DNA from: Thermodesulfobacteriota bacterium
GTDB lineage: Bacteria > Desulfobacterota_D > UBA1144 > Nemesobacterales > UBA2774
Assembly: GCA_965223335.1 (NCBI GenBank)
Contig: OZ244991.1
Coordinates: forward strand, 2,144,001-2,208,000
DNA: 64,000 nucleotides
Direction: 5' to 3'
Below are positions 17,618 through 27,228 of this stretch, in pieces (within the stretch, counting starts at the first letter, position 1; the number at the start of each line of letters is the position of its first letter). Made by a program: the position numbers and the translations under genes. Under the pieces are notes generated by a model. The model had not been told where the DNA came from and ran no database searches. It saw only the letters and a program-made list of their open reading frames with translations.

Positions 17618-18079
17618 TTACTTGGGCGATAGTATCACAAGAGGGATCTCGCGGTCCCCTGCCCTCTCCTTATAAACATCGTATCCCGAATAGATGTCCA
17701 CAGCCATTTGCCACAGGCGCTCGCGATCGGGGCCCTGGGCGTCGGAGGCGATCCTCTTTTGAGTCTGGCCGTTTACAAATACCTCTACCTCGGGGTTGGC
17801 CTTTAGGTTCAGGTACCAAGAGGGGTGGTTTTGGTGCCCTCCCCTCGAAGCTATGATCACGAAATTGTCCCCGTCCTCCATGTAGAGCAGTGGGGTGGTA
17901 CGGGGTTTGCCGCTGGATTGGCCTGTGGTCGTAAGCAGTAGGCAGGGCCAGAGGAACGTGGAGTTCATCTTGCCACCCGAGGCCTTAATCAGAAAGCGGT
18001 CGATGTGAGAGCCGAGATTAATAATGGTCCATGTACCTATGCGGGACGAGCCGAACCATGCGAGTATGTTTGATATCAT
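17618..18079 (-). CDS. Deazaflavin (F420H2)-dependent nitroreductase/quinone reductase (DDN family)
   Basis: LLLTTTGQSSGKPRTTPL, IASRGG..HPSWYLNLKANP, REIPLVIL. Confidence 0.9.
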   Translation of the reverse strand: MISNILAWFGSSRIGTWTIINLGSHIDRFLIKASGGKMNSTFLWPCLLLTTTGQSSGKPRTTPLLYMEDGDNFVIIASRGGHQNHPSWYLNLKANPEVEVFVNGQTQKRIASDAQGPDRERLWQMAVDIYSGYDVYKERAGDREIPLVILSPK

Positions 18080-18206
18080 AAGTGGTCAACCTTTAATCGC
18101 TATAGTTGGATTCTAAATTATCTGGGCCGCGGTATCAAATACCGTGGGCAAATTGAGGCGTAGGGGAATCTTGAAAAATGATAATTTCTATTTAATTATA
18201 TAAGGA

Positions 18207-18713
18207 GTGGCCACGTTCATAAAAAGAGCATTATTGATATTAGTACTGCTGCCGGTGCTGGGGGCGTGTGCAAACGTGGGTCAGGTAAAGAGGATGGTTG
18301 ACCCCAACAAGCTCAACAAGACCAAGCTTAAATCGCTGCCGACGCAGACCACCCCTATGTATCGTTTCCATGTGTCGACGACTAAAAACCTGGAGGGTAA
18401 GCAGACCCGCGTGGTGAAAGAGGTGGACAAACAGTTTGCCTCGTTCGAGCAGTGTATGCATATACAAGACAGAGGGGCCGAGGGTCGGCGTAACCGTATT
18501 GTGGTCGTGGACGGGATGTTTGAGTGTAAGTATCATCGCGGCAGGTGTAACGGCGAGTTTGACCCCGAATACGCCTTGATCATCGTGACCTATAAGGCCT
18601 TTAACAAAGACGGTATCCTGCCGGATTTGAAGCACGAGTGGGCCCATGCTTATAACATTTTGGCCGCGGACCACTCCAACCTAAAAGAAGTAAAGAAGTG
18701 CACTAAGTATTAA
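18207..18713 (+). CDS. Lipoprotein with HExxH zincin-like motif
   Basis: Lipobox LGAC; LKHEWAHAY; start codon uncertain. Confidence 0.6.
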   Translation: MATFIKRALLILVLLPVLGACANVGQVKRMVDPNKLNKTKLKSLPTQTTPMYRFHVSTTKNLEGKQTRVVKEVDKQFASFEQCMHIQDRGAEGRRNRIVVVDGMFECKYHRGRCNGEFDPEYALIIVTYKAFNKDGILPDLKHEWAHAYNILAADHSNLKEVKKCTKY

Positions 18714-18744
18714 TCACCGTCTACAAATGATTTTCAGTGGAGGG

Positions 18745-19374
18745 CTATTTTTCCAGATAGCCAGTGGGTTTGCTGTAGTCGGCGTCTAGGAACATTTGCT
18801 TGGCCGGGTCTTTGACCTCTTCGTCTCGCCGTGCATCGATTTCGTCTTCCCTCTTGCGTTCGTCAACCGGTATGTATGTGAAATCGACCTTGACCCATTT
18901 CTTTTTGCTGTTGCTGCTGAGTACGAGTTTGTGGTCTACGAGTATCCAGTGCCATGTGGTGAAATAGAGCATGCTCTCTTTATCTTTAGGTTCGCCGTGC
19001 ATTTTGACCAGGTAATTGGCAAAAGTCTCTTCTAGTTGCGACTGTTGGGCATCGTCCTCGGCCTCGACGATGAGCGAGGTGGACATGAGCTTCTTTTTAT
19101 AGAACTCAAGCCCCGTCATTACGTTCATGCCTGTTACGTCTACGGGGAGATCGACGAGTGTGCCTTGCATGATAATAGTCTTTATCTTTTTCGAGTCTTC
19201 TTTTTCCTCGACTATGCGTCTGCCTTCGCGGTCGATGATGTTTTCAGCGTCTTTTTTGGATATGCCGAACTGGAACCCGAGCGGCGAGTCGTCGTCCTCA
19301 ACAGCGAACGCCGCCGTACCGACAAGTAAGAGTGTAAATAGAAGTGAAAAAGTTATTTTTGCTAATTTCGTCAT
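18745..19374 (-). CDS. Exported hypothetical protein
   Basis: Signal peptide ending AFA; GGAGG RBS. Confidence 0.75.
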   Translation of the reverse strand: MTKLAKITFSLLFTLLLVGTAAFAVEDDDSPLGFQFGISKKDAENIIDREGRRIVEEKEDSKKIKTIIMQGTLVDLPVDVTGMNVMTGLEFYKKKLMSTSLIVEAEDDAQQSQLEETFANYLVKMHGEPKDKESMLYFTTWHWILVDHKLVLSSNSKKKWVKVDFTYIPVDERKREDEIDARRDEEVKDPAKQMFLDADYSKPTGYLEK

Positions 19375-19460
19375 TTGTGGATCCTCCGATACTTATCTAA
19401 CTATTATAATGTGTAGGTAGTGCGGTCTCAAATGATATTTTTTAAGCAAATACATCCAGA

Positions 19461-21044
19461 TCAACCGAGCCAGATGACCTGGGCGATGTAGCTTAGTGCT
19501 ATGATGGACAGGAAATATACTGCCATCGCTATGTATTTTCGGGTCCATTTGGGGTCGGTCTCGGTACGGTGCCACGAAATGTAATTGGCCTTGTCTGCGG
19601 GATATATAACGCTCCATAGGTAGCCCACCCCCATAGCGATGCCTGTGCCCGCAACGTTCCACCAGAGCCACGATACGTCGGGGAACCAAATCCAGAGAAC
19701 AAAATTGATGCCTACTCCCAGCAACACGCCTAGTTTAGTGCCGGTGGCGCTGGTCCTCTTAAACAGAATGCCCAGCATAAATGCAGCCAGTACGGGGCCG
19801 TAAAAGAGTGAGCCTACTTTATTGATGGCTTCTATGACAGTGTCGGATATATTGCCTACAACGAATGCGAACCCGGTGCACACCACACCCCAAAACACTG
19901 TGAGTATGCGGGACCAGAGCACATAGTGGCGTTCGGTCTCGCGCGGCTTCAGGTGGCGTTTGTACAGGTCGTTCATAGTGGCGGCGCTAAGGGAGTTGAT
20001 CGAGGAGTCGAGGCTGGACATAAAAGCCGCCAATAGTGCCACTACGATCAATCCGATAAGACCATGGGGCAGGTAGTTGATTACAAATACAGGGACCATG
20101 TAGTCGACATTGTCCTTGGGTATAAGCGCCATGAACTCGGGGTTCTTAAATGCAAAAGCCCCTATGAGAAGCCCCATAGCAAGGTATGACACAACGAGGA
20201 AGAAACGCACGAAGCCGTTAAACATTAGGGATTTACGTGCGGTGTCCAGGTCCTTGGCGCTCATCTCGCGCTGGAGCTGGCTCTGGTCGCATCCGTAGTA
20301 GGACACGTACAAGAAAAACCCTCCGAATAGTAGCGCCCAGAAGCTGAAATCGTTGCCGTCCCCAAGCCCAGTACTCTTAACATCCATTATTTTTAAGCGC
20401 TCCTGGTCAACTGAGCTAAAAACGTCCTCAACACCGCCTAGAAGGTATATAGCAGCTATACCACATATTAGTATACCTATGGTGAGCACAATCATCTGTA
20501 TGACGTCGCTATATATGACGGCCTTCATCCCGCCCCACACATCGTAGATGATAGTGATCGCACCTATGAGGAGCACAGTGTGGATAAGGGGGATCTCCCA
20601 TATGGCGGAAAGCACTATACCGATGGCGTATATGCCCACCCCAGTGGCAAGGGCGCGGCTAATCTGGAAAATGAGGCTTACAATGGTGCGTGTGGAGGCG
20701 TCGAACCTGTGCTCGAGGTATTCGTAGATGCTAAGGAAACTGGAGCCGTGGATGACGGGGACGATGAATATCATCACAAATATCATGGCTGCGGGGACGG
20801 CAAACTCGTAGCCAAGCCATGTGAGCCCTCCCCCCGGTTTAAGCGCCACGAATGCGGGTGCGGATATGAAGCTTATGGCACCCAGTTGAGTGGCCATGGT
20901 AGAGAGCCCCACAGCCCACCAGGACAGCTTTTGCCCGCCCAGATAGTAGTCGTTTAGGTTGTTTTGGTGCTTGCCTATGTAGCGGCTTAGCGTAAGTAGG
21001 GTTATGACGTATACGACTATGACTGTCCAATCGAGGTAGTTCAT
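19461..21044 (-). CDS. Sodium:solute symporter (SSS family)
   Basis: DYYLGG, GGMKAVIYSDVIQ, AAFMSSLDSSINSL; about 13 TM helices. Confidence 0.95.
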   Translation of the reverse strand: MNYLDWTVIVVYVITLLTLSRYIGKHQNNLNDYYLGGQKLSWWAVGLSTMATQLGAISFISAPAFVALKPGGGLTWLGYEFAVPAAMIFVMIFIVPVIHGSSFLSIYEYLEHRFDASTRTIVSLIFQISRALATGVGIYAIGIVLSAIWEIPLIHTVLLIGAITIIYDVWGGMKAVIYSDVIQMIVLTIGILICGIAAIYLLGGVEDVFSSVDQERLKIMDVKSTGLGDGNDFSFWALLFGGFFLYVSYYGCDQSQLQREMSAKDLDTARKSLMFNGFVRFFLVVSYLAMGLLIGAFAFKNPEFMALIPKDNVDYMVPVFVINYLPHGLIGLIVVALLAAFMSSLDSSINSLSAATMNDLYKRHLKPRETERHYVLWSRILTVFWGVVCTGFAFVVGNISDTVIEAINKVGSLFYGPVLAAFMLGILFKRTSATGTKLGVLLGVGINFVLWIWFPDVSWLWWNVAGTGIAMGVGYLWSVIYPADKANYISWHRTETDPKWTRKYIAMAVYFLSIIALSYIAQVIWLG

Positions 21045-21214
21045 GGGTTATAGGGAGAAGATTATACTCGTTCATTTTAAATTCTAATATTAGTTGCTGT
21101 TCTTAAGTCGGTTGTGTGGTTTGACAGATGAACATTTTGATTCCGCATAATTAACAAGTAGATTATTAATTAATACGTTTATAGCGGTATTAATGGATTG
21201 AGGAAAGGTTATAA

Positions 21215-22525
21215 TTGAAATATTCATCCCGATATTGTTGCTACCTCCAGTTCATTGCCCTGCTGTGTTTTCTATTCAGCCTATTTCTTTGTAGTACCCC
21301 AAACGCCTATTCGCAGGCGACCTGCAATTTTGAGCAGATTACAGTTACAGACTCAGAGAGTAACACCAATCCTACGATAAATGCGGATGGTACACGTATA
21401 GCATTTGTATCTGCTGCGAATATTACGGGTGATAATCCTGACCGTAGTATTGAGCTGTTTCTTTGGGATAAATCAGATGGAATTACGCAGATAACAGATA
21501 CAGATTTTAAGTTTAATATTGATCCTTCAATTAATAAAGATGGAACCAAGATCGCTTTTGTTTCTGACGCTGACTTAACAGGCATGAATCCCGATCTAAA
21601 CAGCGAAATTTATGTATGGGACGAGTTAACTGAAAAGTTTACTCAAATTACCGACACCACAGAGAGTGGCAGCAGTCGACCGTCAATTAATGGAGATGGT
21701 TCTAGGGTTGCATTTATATCCGATGCTGATTTCACGGGCAAGAATCCCGAGGGCAATACCGAGATATATTTGTGGGATAAGACAGCCGGTTTTACGCGGA
21801 TAACAGATACAAGCGGGTCTTCTTCTTTGCGGCCTTTTCATGTATTTGACCCTGTTATAAACGAAGGGGGCAACAGGATAGCATTTAATTCGGATGTAAT
21901 GCTGACTGAGGAAGAAACCTTTGGTATCTTTGAAATATTTTTATGGGATAGCATTGAGGGGTTAAGGCAGATCACAATAAACAGTGGTATTGATCCATTA
22001 TACCCTTCGATAAGTTACGATGGGAATGAAATATCTTATGAAGGCTCCTCAAACACAAAGACAGGTACCGAAATATTTATATGGGACAGCAATAGTGGAT
22101 CAATGCGTGTGACAAAAAATATATTCGAACTTGATGACAGTGTAAGTCAGTCATTGAGTGGAGATGGTAATACGATTGCTTTTTTTACAGAAAGCCATCT
22201 ATATGTGTGGAACCGTGATGCCGGGCTTACAGAGATTATCAACCCTGTTGTAGGGTTTGTCGGTACACGTTCTGTAAACGAGGGCGGTACACACATAACT
22301 TTTGTTTCAAAATCCGATATTACAGGCATGAACCCCGAAGGTAATGAAGAGATATTTTTGGCCGTTTGCAGTTTTCAAAGCCTTCCAAAATCCAAAAGCG
22401 GTTGCAGCCAGAGTGGTGCTTCCGATCCTGAATCAGACTTTATAAATTGGCTAATTTTGTTGATACCTTTGTCTGCGGTGAGGATTTATCGGAGAAGGAA
22501 TAAACGGTGGATAGAAAAACAATAA
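21215..22525 (+). CDS. Exported TolB/PD40-like beta-propeller with C-terminal Gly-Cys/TM/Arg sorting-type tail
   Basis: Repeats of PSINxDGxxIAFxSxADxTGxNPxxNxEI(Y/F)LWD; ends SGCSQSGAS...WLILLIPLSAVRIYRRR. Confidence 0.85.
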   Translation: MKYSSRYCCYLQFIALLCFLFSLFLCSTPNAYSQATCNFEQITVTDSESNTNPTINADGTRIAFVSAANITGDNPDRSIELFLWDKSDGITQITDTDFKFNIDPSINKDGTKIAFVSDADLTGMNPDLNSEIYVWDELTEKFTQITDTTESGSSRPSINGDGSRVAFISDADFTGKNPEGNTEIYLWDKTAGFTRITDTSGSSSLRPFHVFDPVINEGGNRIAFNSDVMLTEEETFGIFEIFLWDSIEGLRQITINSGIDPLYPSISYDGNEISYEGSSNTKTGTEIFIWDSNSGSMRVTKNIFELDDSVSQSLSGDGNTIAFFTESHLYVWNRDAGLTEIINPVVGFVGTRSVNEGGTHITFVSKSDITGMNPEGNEEIFLAVCSFQSLPKSKSGCSQSGASDPESDFINWLILLIPLSAVRIYRRRNKRWIEKQ

Positions 22526-22884
22526 TCGTACTACTAGTATCATTGCTCGTATTAGTTCATCTATCTTGTAGTGATGATGAATTTATGCCGGACTGCACTT
22601 GGCTATTCAATGTTGATATTAGTGAGGTTGAATGTTTGGCAGAGACGTTAGCCGATTTATGTGAGACCATTTATTGCGATACTGAACCAACGGTAGGCAA
22701 ACCAGCATTCTCGGAGGGATGTGAAGCCGTGGGTTGTACCACTCTGGATTGCACCAATGGGATAACAGGTGGGATTATGACTGATCTTGCATATAATGAT
22801 GAAACCAGAAAATTGACATCCACAGTATTTCTAGATGGACAAAATCTCGGGAATGTTGATTGTGGCTTTATCGTGAGTAATTAA
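22507..22884 (+). CDS. Small Cys-rich lipoprotein
   Basis: Lipobox HLSC; multiple Cys; overlaps the upstream gene end. Confidence 0.7.
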   Translation: MDRKTIIVLLVSLLVLVHLSCSDDEFMPDCTWLFNVDISEVECLAETLADLCETIYCDTEPTVGKPAFSEGCEAVGCTTLDCTNGITGGIMTDLAYNDETRKLTSTVFLDGQNLGNVDCGFIVSN

Positions 22885-22922
22885 TTTTTGTGCAGTCGTG
22901 AAACGTGAAGTAATGAGCAGTT

Positions 22923-23980
22923 TTATTTAGTTGGAATATCTTTACCGGTTGATTCTTGGTTTTTTAACATTTTTTCAAGTTCTTCTTGAGTAATAGTTCT
23001 AAACCATGGGTTTTTCTGAAAATGTTCTTTAACTTGTTTATTCTTAGTGCTGGACTCAACATAACCTAATACTAAGATAACATCATTTGGTAATAAAATT
23101 CCTATAATAGGGTTCAGAGCTAGGGTTTTAAGTGCTAAGATAGCCTCAAGTGTGTCTAGTCTTGCTAATCCTTTAGCTGCTATTAGACCCAGAGTCTCAG
23201 GTTTTTCTCTCATTAGTTTCTCGAGGTTTGGAATATTAAATTCTTCTCTCATGGTACTAAGTGCAATAGCAGCACTTTCTGCTATGTTTTGAGACTCTGA
23301 ATGTAGGGCTGTGTCCATAAGGTTATTACTTATTTTTATTAGGTGTGCTTGGTCACGAGGATAGATATCGAAATCGAATGTCTGATTGTATTCGACATAT
23401 CCAATTAATTCCCCATGAGGTTCTCCTTTGACAGGTTTAACTACACTACCTTTATATGAGATAAGTAGTTTATATTTGCCGGTTTCTCTAAATTTATAAT
23501 ATGAAGCATAATAATTATCCTCATCGTAAAACCTTCTACCCGGGATATGTGCATTATTTTGATTAAGTTCTAGATAATCATTAAGTACAAGAAGTTGCTT
23601 GTAGCTCTGTCCTGCTTGCAATGTTAATGGATCATATTGCGTAAGGTTATGCAAGGCAAATTCTTGAATTAATCCGGGAATAGTAATATTGTCTCCATCC
23701 GGCTCTGTAAGTCTGAATACCAATTCTGAATCAAATGTCATGTGTGGATTGATTTCAACTACTTCATCGCTATTATTTGTGATTTCAAAGGTGATAAAAA
23801 TAGGCTCGTTAATTGAAAAACTCGATTTGTTTAAATCGAATTCTACTGATATTGAATTTATTGGTTTAGACCAAGCTGGTTTGAGGTATATATGGGGATT
23901 AGGATAATAGCTATAACAATACTAGATTGAATAATAGCTCTAACTGTTATTAACCCACTCAGCCGACTGGGTTTGAACAT
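22923..23980 (-). pseudogene. Exported protein with HEAT-like C-terminus, apparently frameshifted at about 23880
   Basis: ATG 23980 gives MFKPSRLSGL...IVIAIILIPIYTS and stops after 40 aa. The main frame continues KPAWSKPINSISVEF... into the 272-aa ORF. One extra A in the AAA run joins the two frames. Confidence 0.65.
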
Positions 23981-24021
23981 ATAATTAAATACGATTGGAT
24001 GGTGCTTAAAGCTTTAGTATG
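23951..24021. repeat. 71-bp direct repeat, copy 1 (upstream region plus first 10 codons)
   Basis: 67/71 identical to 24750-24820. Confidence 0.9.
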
Positions 24022-24146
24022 CTATCTAAATTCTAATATTGCGATTGAATCTAAACTTAAGATTGGATTTACTTTTTAGAGAAGGAATAAACAGTGGATA
24101 AAATATAAATAATTACATCATTATTGTTGCTCTTGTTTGTTTTTAT

Positions 24147-24779
24147 TCATCTGCCCCATCGACAGATAGTACAGTTATACGAGTGTATCAAGACCCTTAG
24201 CATCTCGACACTTGAAGTTGATAAATTATTGTTTGTAATCAGCAGTTGCTTTTCATTTGACCAATAAAGATTGTCATAATTTGCCCTCAACCAGTAACTC
24301 AAGTCATCAAATGAGTAAAATGTGAAACCCACCAGAGATTGTATTTTCATTTTGTGTACTAACACATCAATATTCACATACCAATTTAATGGAGAACGAA
24401 AACCCTCAAGTCCCCCACCTTCATGTATATACCCATCGATAATCTCTGCCCATTCTGATAACGCTCTCTTATATCCTAATGTCCTGGATTCGGGGTTGTT
24501 GATTTCATCTAATTTAACTTGAATACATTTGTTAGGATTGTTTGAGTAGACCTCATACCGTTTAGATTTAGGATCGTTAATTTCCTTAAATCCGTTGGTT
24601 ATCTCGTAGAACCAGTACTGCGGACCATCAAGTTCAACAATCTCATCGCATTGTCTAATGCTGGTTTTACTCTCAATTGCTATGGCTGTTGTGAGTAAAG
24701 AAAAATTGGGCAAGGATATATGAGTAAATATAAACACACTAGATATAACTAACCCACTCAGCGGACTGGGTTTAAACAT
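24147..24779 (-). CDS. Exported hypothetical protein
   Basis: 210-aa AT-rich ORF with hydrophobic N-terminus. Confidence 0.65.
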   Translation of the reverse strand: MFKPSPLSGLVISSVFIFTHISLPNFSLLTTAIAIESKTSIRQCDEIVELDGPQYWFYEITNGFKEINDPKSKRYEVYSNNPNKCIQVKLDEINNPESRTLGYKRALSEWAEIIDGYIHEGGGLEGFRSPLNWYVNIDVLVHKMKIQSLVGFTFYSFDDLSYWLRANYDNLYWSNEKQLLITNNNLSTSSVEMLRVLIHSYNCTICRWGR

Positions 24780-24820
24780 ATAATTAAATACGATTGGAGG
24801 ATGCTTAAAGCTTTAGTATG
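24750..24820. repeat. 71-bp direct repeat, copy 2
   Basis: 67/71 identical to 23951-24021. Confidence 0.9.
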
Positions 24821-24897
24821 TAATATGCGGAGCAGGTTACTCCTTTTACTGCTTCCAGATGTATTTGCTTTCTTTACTTATATAACCTCGCAATTTG

Positions 24898-25950
24898 TTA
24901 GTATTTCTTAGGTTTCAATATGTATTTGCCCTTTTTATCGATGAAACCCAATTTGCCGTTTTTATAAACACGACCAACGCCATCGGAGAATGTAATTGGG
25001 TGATCAGAAATTGGAGGGATTACCATTTCCCCATTTTTGTCTACGCAGCCCCATTTCCCGTCAACTTCTACTGATAATAACCCTTCTGTAAACATGAACA
25101 TAATATCGTCATATATTGGTTTGATCTTAAGTTGCCCGGTTTTATCGATGTAACCATGCTCTCCATTTATTTTGACCAATGCCATACCGTCACGAAAACT
25201 ATATGCCATATCGTATTTCGGTTCGATAACAATTTCAAAATTCTTATCCATATATCCCAGTTTCTTGTCAACCCTCACTGCAGCAAGCCCCTCAGAAAAA
25301 TGGCTGGAATATCGATATTCAGTTTGTTTGACAATAACCCCTTTCTTATTCATATATCCCGTGCCTTTCCCTTTTGTGTAACCTACGGCATAACCATCTA
25401 AGAACTCGAATGTAACATCAAAAGGGGATTCTATGACAGTTTTGCCAGTCTTATCTATAAAGAAGTCTTTCCCATCTTTTTCAACGAGAGCCAAGCCATC
25501 TGAAAACGGAAGAGCACTTTCAAATCGCTGTTTGAAAACATCTTCCCCTTTTTTGTTTATGAAAAAATACTGTTTTGTATCAGGAGTGTCTGGGAGGTTT
25601 TCAACTACAACAGATAATCCTTCGGTAAAGCCTATAGCGCCATCATATATGGGTTTTACTACAATTTCTCCTTTTCCGTTTATGAATCCGTATTTATCAT
25701 TTCCGTATTCATCAATAATTTTAATTCTACTCAGTTCGTCTGATTTGAATTGAGTAGCATGATCAAATCTTGGCTTTATGACCCATTCGCCTTTCTTGTT
25801 TATGAATCCATACTTCTTTTTCACAATAATATTATCAACGAGTACCGGATATAGGGTTTCTACCTCATCTGTAGCACTTTGAGTGTTCTTTCCGATAATA
25901 CATAAAGATGTAAGAGCGAATAGTAACAGAGTAGGTATTAAGTACCTCAT
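24898..25950 (-). CDS. WG-repeat (KWG Leptospira-type) exported protein
   Basis: Repeats of KYGFINKKG...FSEGLAAV. Confidence 0.92.
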   Translation of the reverse strand: MRYLIPTLLLFALTSLCIIGKNTQSATDEVETLYPVLVDNIIVKKKYGFINKKGEWVIKPRFDHATQFKSDELSRIKIIDEYGNDKYGFINGKGEIVVKPIYDGAIGFTEGLSVVVENLPDTPDTKQYFFINKKGEDVFKQRFESALPFSDGLALVEKDGKDFFIDKTGKTVIESPFDVTFEFLDGYAVGYTKGKGTGYMNKKGVIVKQTEYRYSSHFSEGLAAVRVDKKLGYMDKNFEIVIEPKYDMAYSFRDGMALVKINGEHGYIDKTGQLKIKPIYDDIMFMFTEGLLSVEVDGKWGCVDKNGEMVIPPISDHPITFSDGVGRVYKNGKLGFIDKKGKYILKPKKY

Positions 25951-26100
25951 AATATTAATTATACGGTTAAGATTGCAGATTTCATGAATTAATTATTCTT
26001 CTATTGTTGCAACTCTCACATATTAATCACTTTTTTCGAGATGTTTTACTATTGAAACGTGATGGTATATAGTCAAAGCTAGTCCTATCGGGAGGGAATT

Positions 26101-26562
26101 ATGCAAACATTAATAGGGGTTATAGGTGGCGGGGATGCTTCGGAAAAGGAGTATGAGACCGCGGTGGAGGTAGGCGGCGAGATTGCGCGCAGGGGCTACA
26201 CACTGGTATGCGGGGGATTGGGGGGTGTGATGGAGGCGGCGTGCAGGGGTGCAAAGTCCCAGGGGGGGCTCACAATAGGCATAATTCCGGGTACAAACAG
26301 GCAAGAAGCTAATAAATTTGTTGATATTCCGGTTGTAACCGGTCTTAGTCATGCAAGAAATATTATTGTAGTTCGCTCAAGTTGTGCTATAATAGCCATT
26401 GGAGGGAGCTATGGGACACTATCCGAAATAGCGTATGCGCTTAGGTTAGACGTGCCTGTAGTAGGAATCGGATCATGGGAGGTGTCGTCCGATATTGTAC
26501 AAACTCAGTCTGCCGCCCAGGCAGTGGAAATGGCTATTGGTCTTGCCGGTAATACTGGTTAG
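26101..26562 (+). CDS. TIGR00725-family SLOG/LOG-like protein
   Basis: CGGLGGVMEAACRGA, ARNIIVV, GGSYGTLSEI. Confidence 0.92.
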   Translation: MQTLIGVIGGGDASEKEYETAVEVGGEIARRGYTLVCGGLGGVMEAACRGAKSQGGLTIGIIPGTNRQEANKFVDIPVVTGLSHARNIIVVRSSCAIIAIGGSYGTLSEIAYALRLDVPVVGIGSWEVSSDIVQTQSAAQAVEMAIGLAGNTG

Positions 26563-27208
26563 CTTTGCATGCGGCTCGAAGCCCCCTACGCGAAGCATCT
26601 CGGCCCCGCCGCGGCCTAAAGAGAATATGGACGTCGAGAGGTGCCTTAGGCGCGCACATAACGGCACCGAGACATCTAAGTTCCATACTCTGCGCGAGGG
26701 TGAAACGCTTTACCGAGTATCCATGCTCTACGGCACCACCGTGGACGAACTAATAAGACTAAACGATATATATGACCATCGAGACATCCCCAAGGGAACA
26801 CGACTGCTTGTGCCCGAATACACTATGACACGCGGGTTTTTGTGGCCCGTGCCGGGGAAGATATCGTCGGGATTCGGCCGCCGTGGACGCAGGAACCATA
26901 ACGGCATAGACATCCCCGCACCCAGGGGCACACCCATACGCGCCGCAGCCGACGGGCTTGTGGTGGCCAGTGCGAGGAGCGTGCGAGGCTATTCGGGATA
27001 CGGTAGAATAGTGCTGGTCGCACACGGCAACGGTATGAGGACCCTATATGCGCATACGAGCCGAAACAATGTGAACCGAGGCGAGTGTGTGCGAGCGGGC
27101 CAGGTGATAGCCGAGGTGGGTGCCACAGGCAGAGCGACGGGGAACCACCTGCACTTTGAGGTGCGTCAAAACGGCAGGGCCGTAAACCCCATGTCGTACT
27201 TGCCATAA
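26495..27208 (+). CDS. LysM + M23 peptidase lipoprotein (NlpD-like)
   Basis: Lipobox SFAC; LysM HTLREGETLY; HNGIDI and HLHFEVR; start uncertain. Confidence 0.9.
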   Translation: MYKLSLPPRQWKWLLVLPVILVSFACGSKPPTRSISAPPRPKENMDVERCLRRAHNGTETSKFHTLREGETLYRVSMLYGTTVDELIRLNDIYDHRDIPKGTRLLVPEYTMTRGFLWPVPGKISSGFGRRGRRNHNGIDIPAPRGTPIRAAADGLVVASARSVRGYSGYGRIVLVAHGNGMRTLYAHTSRNNVNRGECVRAGQVIAEVGATGRATGNHLHFEVRQNGRAVNPMSYLP

Positions 27209-27228
27209 CCAGAAAAGGAGATTTACCG

